Part shown: piece after piece, positions 51,927-59,489 of the stretch | Layout: each line of letters begins with the position of its first letter | Position numbering within the stretch: position 1 is the first letter of the stretch | NCBI RefSeq assembly: GCF_001194135.2 | Contig: NC_068987.1 | Coordinates: forward strand, 81,925,020-81,984,508 | Reading direction: 5' to 3' | Length of the DNA stretch: 59,489 nucleotides | Source: Octopus bimaculoides | Lineage: Eukaryota | Translations under genes and position numbers: made by a program | The notes under the pieces: generated by a model | Seen by the model: the letters and a program-made list of their open reading frames with translations, nothing else | Databases searched by the model: none | Told to the model about the DNA's origin: nothing

Positions 51927-53055
51927 TTACTCAAAGTATGCACCTAAATTATCAACGCAATTTTGCCATTTTATCGGTAGCTTATTTATGCTGGCAACAA
52001 AGAATACTGGAGAGCAAGAGTTGATGAAATCACAAAAGGCTGTTTTTGCATCTTCTTCAGATTTGAAATTTTTTCCTTGCAAAAGGTTGTCTGATGCCTG
52101 GAAAACATGATGGTCAGTTGGTGTAAGGTCTGGTGAATATGGTGGATGACAGATTTGTAGCAGGGCAGTTGAACTATTTCATCCCTGTGTAACAACACAC
52201 TGGTACTGTGTTCCTCTGCCCTTTAAAAGCTAGTGGTGGAGGAATACACATGACGTCTTCCGCTAAGCAGAAGGGCGCAAAAACTTAAAAAGCTTTCAGT
52301 ATCTGCCTAGAAGCTGAAAGGCTAACACATGATCATCAACTGTCCAGTGACTTTGGTCACACGGAACAACTTGCTGATTGGTTACTTATACACTCGCTTG
52401 GAAATGACATATTGCATTTTCTCTTTCACACAACACATGGACTTTTACTGCTTATTAGTGAGTTGTTTTCTCTGCCAGCATCACTCCAGCAGATCATTAT
52501 TTCTATCGTCATACACATCCTTATACACAAGGTAAAATCATAATTACCTTTATCTGTTACACCATGTTATCTTCCCTTTAAATAAATCTGTGTTCTGTTA
52601 AACCCCACTACAAAAAACATGCCTTCTGATAATTTTGTTTTCTCACACTGAACAACTGCTCTTATTAAATTGGTGACCCAACTGCTGAACAATCATTCAA
52701 CTCCATCAACAACAATGTTCTCGTTTAACTATCTCTCTTACTAAAGAGTACTTCCAAGTTCAGTTCCTGTAACTTGAGTAGCGTTCTTTGTGCAACATGT
52801 GGTTGAGCATTGTCTTGCAAGAGAATTGACCGGTCTCTATTGACCAGTCACAGTTGTTTAATTGTAAGTTCACTAATCATTTCATCCAACTGACTGATGT
52901 ATGCGTCCGCTGTAATTGACTTACCAGGTCTCATGAAGCTGTAGTGGATGACATCAGTGCTGGACCACTAAACAGACACCATTAGCTATTTTTGGTGAAT
53001 ATTCTCTTGGATTGTGTTTTGGAACTTCGTCTCTATCCAACACCCATGCAGAATG
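51927..53055 (-). pseudogene. Hsmar1-like mariner (DD34D) transposase C-terminal half, split by an insertion
   Basis: LDRDEVPKH...SSTDVIHYSFMRPGKSITA...LLQDNAQPHVAQRTLLKLQELNLEVL // CHPPYSPDLTPTDHHVF...LQGKNF...KWQNCVDNLGAYFE*. Confidence 0.85.
52156..52612. mobile_element. Putative solo-LTR-like insert
   Basis: Begins TGTAGCAGGG, ends CCCCACTACA, AATAAA ~27 nt before the end; no clean TSD. Confidence 0.35.
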
Positions 53056-53057
53056 CT

Positions 53058-54363
53058 TGCTATTGTGGAAGCAAGATTTAGAATCAAAAGGCCTTAGAGT
53101 CAATGTAGCAAAGACCAAATGTCTAGTAAGTAGGAAGGTGAACTCATTACACACCCCATCAGGTAGATGGCCCTGCTCGACCTGTAGAAAAGGTGTAGGT
53201 AGAAACTCCATAAGATGTACCCAGTGTAAGCTATGGACACATAAGAGGTGCAACAACATCAAAGGAAGATTAACTGAAAAGATAGCGTTTGTGTGCGGCA
53301 GATGCACAGGGGCAATAAACACCACAGATGCTCAGAAAACAGATTCCATCACACTCCAGGAGGAGAAACTAAAAGTAGTTGATAGCTTCCGCTACCTAGG
53401 TGACGAAGTTAGCAGTGGGGGTGGATGCTCAGAGTGTTACCACTAGAATAAGAATAGCCTGGGCAAAGTTTAGAAAGCTTCTACCCCTACTGGTGACAAA
53501 GGGCTTCTCACTCACAGTGAAAGGTAGATTGTACGATGCATGTATGTGAACTGCCATGCTTCACAGCAGTGAAACATGGGCCATGACTGTGGAGGAGATG
53601 CGTAGGCTCGAAAGAAATGAAGTTAGCATAGTCCGCTGGATGTGTAATGTCAGTGTGCACACACAACAGAATGTAAGTGCCCTGAGAGAAATGTTGGACA
53701 TAAGAAGCATCAGATGTGGCGTGCAAGAGAGACATCTGCGCTGGCATGGTCTTGTACTACAGATGGATGAGGAGAGATGTGTGAAGAAGTGCCACTCCCA
53801 AACAGTTGAAGGAATCTGGGGTAGAGGTAGACCCAGGAAGACATGGGATGAGGTGGTCAAGCATGACCTTCGAACGTTGGACCTCACAGAGGCAATAACG
53901 AAAGACCGAGACCTCTAGAGATATGCTGTGACTGCGAAGACCCGGCAAATAAAGTGAGTTCACGGCTGTATCCTACACCAGTTTCGCATAACCAGCCCCA
54001 GCCCATTCAAAAGTACCTTGGATCACAGGGTGACCTGCTGTGCTTGAGGAGACCTTGAATCAAGTACATCAACATCAGAATAAAAACCAAATGGAAATTA
54101 TAGTTGATACCCGTGCCAGTGGCATGTAAAAAGCACCAACCAATCGTAGCCGTTGCCAGCCTCCTCTGGCCCCTGTGTTGGTGGCACGTAAAAAGCACCC
54201 ACTACACTCATGAAGTGGTTGGCGTTAGGAAGGGCATCCAGCTGTTGAAAGACTGCCAGATCAGAATGGAGCCTGGTGCAGCCTCTTGGCTCCCCAGACC
54301 CCGGTCGAACAGTCCAACCCATGCTAGCATAGAAAACGGACGTTAAACGATGATGATGATGAT
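53058..54363 (+). mobile_element. 5'-truncated RTE-clade LINE: RT C-terminus with PHD-like finger, frameshifted, full 3' UTR and (GAT)n tail
   Basis: LESKGLRVNVAKTK...VVDSFRYLGD...MLHSSETW...LRWHG...GRGRPRKTWDEVV..DL, followed by a UTR ending in the window's ubiquitous repeat terminus. Confidence 0.9.
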
Positions 54364-55286
54364 TCATATATACACACACACACACATATATAAAAAGGAT
54401 GTGTTATAACACTATTCCACATATACAAAAACAGCCATACCAACAATCCAACACACCTCCATCATCAGCTGCCTCACGGATATCATTATGGTTTCGACAC
54501 TTTGGCAGTGCCATTCAATCAGGCAGTGTCAACAGCACTAAAAGAAGTATTGTTTGGGAACAAACATACCAAAAAGACTCCACAACTTTCAAACACATTT
54601 ACCCTATATACAACAGTATTCAAGCTAAACAGAGGTAAGATTAAACACTAACTTTAAAATTAAACTACAAGAAACACATAAATCTATGTACATCTGTAAC
54701 GATATTAATAGTAAACCTACAATAACTAAATTATATACTGAATAGCGACGAATCTTTAAGTCCATCCAAATAATAATCCTACCAGCCTTCCATAGTTACT
54801 ACTGTAATAAAAGAAAGTGAAAGTTTTGATTCTATTCTCTCCAAAACAAAACACGATTGAATTTAATTTAGTGAATAATAAAATGATTATTAATGAAATA
54901 CATTATTTCATAATTCAAAAGTTAGTAATAAAAACACTACATACTCTTAATATATATTACGCTTACAATCTATAATGTAAACTTACCAACTAATAGAAAC
55001 ATTAAATAGGAACTAATAAAAGTATATTTGTAATTAACAATTACTATAAAAATTTGCTACGATTAAAGCTTAATTAAAACTGTTCAAAAGATAAAACTAC
55101 AAAGTATTAACACTTACATGTTTTTCAAACCACATGGTTCCATTACTTCTACAACTTATAAGATTATCTAAATATTGATTTCGTAGTACGTAATTACTAT
55201 TCCCTCAAATCGTCTCAAACAATATTGGTGACGTAGTAAGCAAATAACTTGAATCGTAAACATTCCAAATTTTTACAAATGTTTTT

Positions 55287-55920
55287 CTAAGTTCTAGATA
55301 CAACCTCATATTTATTTAGAATTTCAAGTCTCCCACCTAAACAGCGATTAAAAGTTTTAACCAATTTACCATATCTATACCCTTGTTTTATGAAATGTCT
55401 AAACAGTTCATTTATTCTATACAAAATTTTTTTAACATTATTAATAATAGTACTATATCTGACTATTTGCCCTGCAAAAACACCATAACCAATAAAAGAA
55501 GGAATTCTACAACTGAACCATGGTATTGAAGCCACTTGGGAAACAAAATCTTCTGTTTTATTATAAATGTCAGCACACTTTTCATTATCCTTAATTACTA
55601 AACTGACATCTAAATAATTAATATTCCTTATACTGTTACCATTTCTGGTGGCTATAAGCTCACTAGGGTCTATTCTATTAAGTAAAAATTCAAAGAAACC
55701 TTAATTAGCTATCATCTAATGTATTTGCAGCATTCATTAAGTTGTTTAAGTAAACCAATCTTTTCCTTGCACATAGGTCTTTAAAAAAAAGGAACTTGTA
55801 TGAAGAAAGATAAAGGTCCACCAACAGAGGGCTACAATTGCCACCCATTGGAATTCCCCTAACCTGCTCAAACACCCTACCTGCAAACACAACAAACGAA
55901 TTATTAATAATAAAACTAAT
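55287..55920 (-). pseudogene. Penelope-like reverse transcriptase (motif B to thumb), frameshifted
   Basis: FEQVRGIPMGGNCSPLLVDLYL...NYLDV...IYNKTEDF...IPSFIGYGVFAGQIVRY...KQGY; ORF ends right after the thumb. Confidence 0.8.
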
Positions 55921-56195
55921 AATTTCTTTTATCTTTCTTTTACTTATATTAGTATGTAGGCATATTACCCCATTTGACAGTGGGTAAACAAGCTGGCTAT
56001 ACAGAGAGAGGGTTCAGACACATGGCTTCGTATCTTTCTCTTTTTCTGCATGGACATGCAAGCTATGAGGACACAACTTGACTAGCTCTATCTTATGCCA
56101 GAGGCCAGCTTGCAGATAGGAGCATAGTACAGAAGACCAAGGCCCTTACACACCAACCATATAACTGCTCTTTTCCCCTCATTTTGTCTTTATAT

Positions 56196-56596
56196 CTCTT
56201 TTACTTGTTTCAGTCATTTGACTGTAGCCATGCTGGAGCACTGCCTTTAGTCGAGCAAATTGACCCCAAGGCTTATTCTTTGTAAGCCTAGTACTTATTC
56301 TATCGGTCTCTTTTGCCAAACCGCTAAGTTACGGGGGGCGTAAACACACCAGCATCAGTTGTCAAGCGATGTTGGGGGAACAAACACAGACACACAAACA
56401 CATACACACATACATATATATACATACATATATATGACGGGCTTCTTTCAGTTTCAGTCTACCAAATTCACTCACAAGGCTTTGGTCAGCCCAAGGCTAT
56501 AGTAGAAGACACTTGTCCAAGGTGCCATGCAGTGGGACTGAACCCGGAACCATGTGATTGGTAAGCAAGCTACTTACCACACAGCCACTCCTACGC

Positions 56597-56598
<2 letters not shown>
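56196..56598 (-). mobile_element. SINE family A
   Basis: Near full-length match. Confidence 0.85.
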
Positions 56599-56630
<32 letters not shown>

Positions 56631-56639
56631 ATGTATATA

Positions 56640-56674
<35 letters not shown>

Positions 56675-56869
56675 GAATTATAAAAATTAAGTTCTTGGTA
56701 TAGTATTATGTATATTTGAAAAAATGAATAGAGATGGCTTTTTCTGGGGGTGGGGGTAATTTTTATTTTAATCTTAATAATATGTTTACAGTGAGTTACT
56801 CTGATATGAGTTTTGAGCTTCAGGTAGCCATATTCAAAATGAAAAATGTATGTTTTACTAGTTGCTTAA

Positions 56870-57094
56870 CCCTTTTGTTCCAATATTTCTGTTGAGATGC
56901 TCTGTTTCTTTCAATTAATTTTAAATATAACAAAGAAATTATTAACATAACTTAGTTATCATGAAGCTAGTGTTGGGAACATAAATTGTGACTAAAGCTT
57001 TGTGGAAGATTTTAATTCAGACCTTTTTAAAACATGACATTTGTACTACAGAGCCAGAGGTGCTTTCAGCCGGGTTGGGTTGGTATCAAAAGGG
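56870..57094. mobile_element. piggyBac-like MITE, second family
   Basis: TTAA|CCCTTTTGTT ... TATCAAAAGGG|TTGA; a reverse partial copy ends near 42786. Confidence 0.65.
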
Positions 57095-57160
57095 TTGAAT
57101 ACCAAAAATTTTTTCTTACATACAAAAAAAAAAATATATATATATAAAAAAAAAAAATAT

Positions 57161-57715
57161 GCACAGGCATGGCTGTGTGGTAAGAAGCTTGCTTCCCAAC
57201 CCCATAGTATTGGGTTCAGTCCCACTGTGTGCCACCGTGGATAAGTGTCTTCTATCATAGACTTGGGTCAACCACAGCCTTGTGTGTGGATTTGGTAGAT
57301 AGAAACTGAAAGAAACCCATTGTGTGTGAGTGGCTGTGTGGTAAGTAGCTTGCTTACCAACCACACGGTCCCGGGTTCAGTCCCACTGTGTGGCATCTTG
57401 GGCAAGTGTCTTCTACTATAGCCTTGGGCCGACCAAAGCCTTGTGAGTGGATTTGGTAGACGGAAGCTGAAAGAAGCCCGTCGTATATATGTATATATAT
57501 ATATATGTATGTGTGTATGTGTTTGTGTGTCTGTCCCCCAACATCGCTTGACAACTGATGCTGGTATGTTTATGTCCCCGTAACTTAGCGGTTCGGCAAT
57601 AGAGACCGATAGAATAAGTGCTGGGCTTCTAAAGAATAAGTCCTGGGGTCGATATGGTTGACTAAAGGCGGTGCTCCAGCATGGCTGCAGTCAAATGACT
57701 GAAACAAGTAAAAAG
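57161..57715 (+). mobile_element. SINE family A: truncated head followed by a near-complete copy (from ~57328)
   Basis: Two GGCTGTGTGGTAAG heads in tandem. Confidence 0.85.
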
Positions 57716-57754
57716 AATAAAAGAATATAAAGATACAAAAATACAAAAGCATGT

Positions 57755-57925
57755 GTGAAGAAGAAGAAGAAGAAGAAGAACAACAACAACAACAGCAGCA
57801 GCAGCAGCAACAGGAAGGAAGAAAGATAGGGAAGAAGATGAAAAAGAAAAAGAAGAAGAAGGACAACAACAACAACGATGACGACGACGACAACAGCAGC
57901 AACAAGAGGAAGGAAGAAAGATGGA

Positions 57926-57956
<31 letters not shown>

Positions 57957-58030
57957 AAGAAGAAGAAGAACACCAGCAGCAGCAAAAGGAAGGAAGAAAG
58001 ATGGCAAAGAAGAACAAAAAGAAGAAAGTA
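57755..58030. repeat. Compound (GAA)/(CAA)/(CAG)/(GAC) trinucleotide repeat
   Basis: Blocks of triplets in a thrice-repeated higher-order pattern. Confidence 0.9.
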
Positions 58031-58461
58031 AATGAAAGAAATAAAAATAAAAATAAAGATAAGACTAATAGTAATTGGGAACAGTCAGGAGGGGAGATAA
58101 GTCCACCAAGAATAAAGAAATGAAATATTTTGAAGTGGTCAATATTGTTGTATTCTTGTTATAAGATGACCTGTGTGGTGGCTATTGATTTGGGGTCACC
58201 TATTCAGTTCTCAGAGGTGGTTTGGTGTGAACACACACACATACACACATCATAATAAAGGATAAAATTTTTAAAAATTTTATCTGTTGCCAGTATATAA
58301 AAATAGGTCTATTAAGGTGAAATCATATAATTATAATTAAGGGAATAGAAAAAATTCTATCCTATATGCTGAAAATGGATGCTAAATCATCCACGACTTC
58401 AAAAATCATTACAAAGTTTCACATGTATTGAAATCGAGGAAGAAACCTATGGAAACCCATT

Positions 58462-58939
58462 ACAATATAAATAGCTTTGGATTGATCAATTTCTAGATTT
58501 ACCCAATGGCTTTTCCTTGTCAGCAGAGCATACTTATGGGAAATAAATGAGATATTTATACATACCCACAGGAAAGCAAATGTAAAGCCATAACTTGGAT
58601 ATATCTGTGGTATTTCTAGCGCATTAATTGTCCACGTTAGTGGTCGACGTTATTTTTTAAAATGTACCTTAATCCCCTGAGATTGCAGATAATATTTCTG
58701 AATCTCTTTGATTCTTTAGATGTGCTGGCCTCCTGATAATTAATCGATATTAATTAATATATGACTAATTACCAGATTTTATAATAATGTGGTATTTATA
58801 TGTAGTTATGGCTTTGTGTTTGTTTTCCTTGTGGGTATGTGTAAATATCTCATTTATTTCCCATAAGTATGCTCTGCTGACGAGGAAAAGCCATTGGGTA
58901 AATTCTAGAAATTGATCAATCCAGAGCTATCTATATTGT
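58462..58939. repeat. ~135-bp divergent inverted repeats (58462-58595, 58804-58939), each carrying a hammerhead motif; likely PLE pseudo-LTR remnants
   Basis: Arms align at high identity by eye; ~210-bp spacer. Confidence 0.85.
58871..58927 (+). ncRNA. Type I hammerhead ribozyme with palindromic stem III, predicted cut after AUC at 58921
   Basis: GCTCTG | CTGACGA | irregular stem II | GAAA | TTGATCAA | T C | CAGAGC. Confidence 0.7.
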
Positions 58940-59135
58940 TATGAATAGTACTTATTCTATTGGTCTCTTTTGCCGAACTACTAAGCTATGGGGATGTAAA
59001 CACACCAACACCAGTTGTCAAGTGATGATGGGGGAGACAAAACACAGACACAGAGAAACACACACATAGATATATACACATACAGACATACATATGTATA
59101 TATACGCACACATACACACACACATATATATATAC

Positions 59136-59489
59136 ATGGCTAGGAAGACCCCTATAGAGAGATGGAGTGGATGGACCAGAGCCATATGGACCCCCACTAA
59201 TATCCACCAGGTAAAGAAAATGATCGTACATGCACTAGGAGCTAGTATAAAGGTCACCCTAAAAGGCCACACCTTTAAATTTAACAACAAATTATACGCC
59301 CAGGATGAGGGGGCAGCCATCGGTGTTAGTATCGCCGGTGATGTGGCCAATCTCTTCATGGTATGGTGGGACAGAAGGCTTAAGGAACGCCTGACACAGA
59401 ACTCCATACTCGTGAATGTGTACTCTCGATATGTCGATGATATCAACTTAGTGGTAAAGACACCCCCACAAGAGAGTACCCCTGAAATA
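59136..59489 (+). mobile_element. Penelope-like reverse transcriptase fragment, open frame running off the window end
   Basis: 118 stop-free codons: ...HTFKFNNKLYAQDEGAAIGVSIAGDVANLFMVWWD...YSRYVDDINL; not in the ORF track because no stop occurs in the window. Confidence 0.85.

Noticed and set aside
57751-58035. Poly-E/Q/K/N/D/R ORF
   Set aside because: Simple translation of trinucleotide repeats with no splice context.

Overview
AT-rich metazoan DNA with N gaps, dense microsatellites and repeats; the repeat style suggests an octopus draft scaffold (inference). The only host gene I can support is the first coding exon of a KHDRBS/Sam68-SLM (STAR family) RNA-binding protein. It lies on the minus strand at 1540-1657, is missed by the ORF track, and has a CpG-rich promoter-like region with two YY1 motifs upstream. 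The other ~57 kb is a transposon graveyard: at least five tRNA-derived SINE families, many 5'-truncated RTE LINE 3' ends with (GAT)n tails, one RTE piece whose RT C-terminus carries a PHD-like zinc finger, Tc1/mariner fossils (DD36E, DD37D, DD34D), MITEs and three Penelope-like element (PLE) fragments. The most interesting hidden layer is a set of minimal type I hammerhead ribozyme motifs of at least three sequence families. Several sit in divergent inverted repeats that look like PLE pseudo-LTR remnants. There are also several long palindromes. No CRISPR array, rRNA or genuine tRNA gene was found. SINE family letters A-D and F are my own labels, and repeat boundaries are approximate unless a TIR or TSD is quoted.
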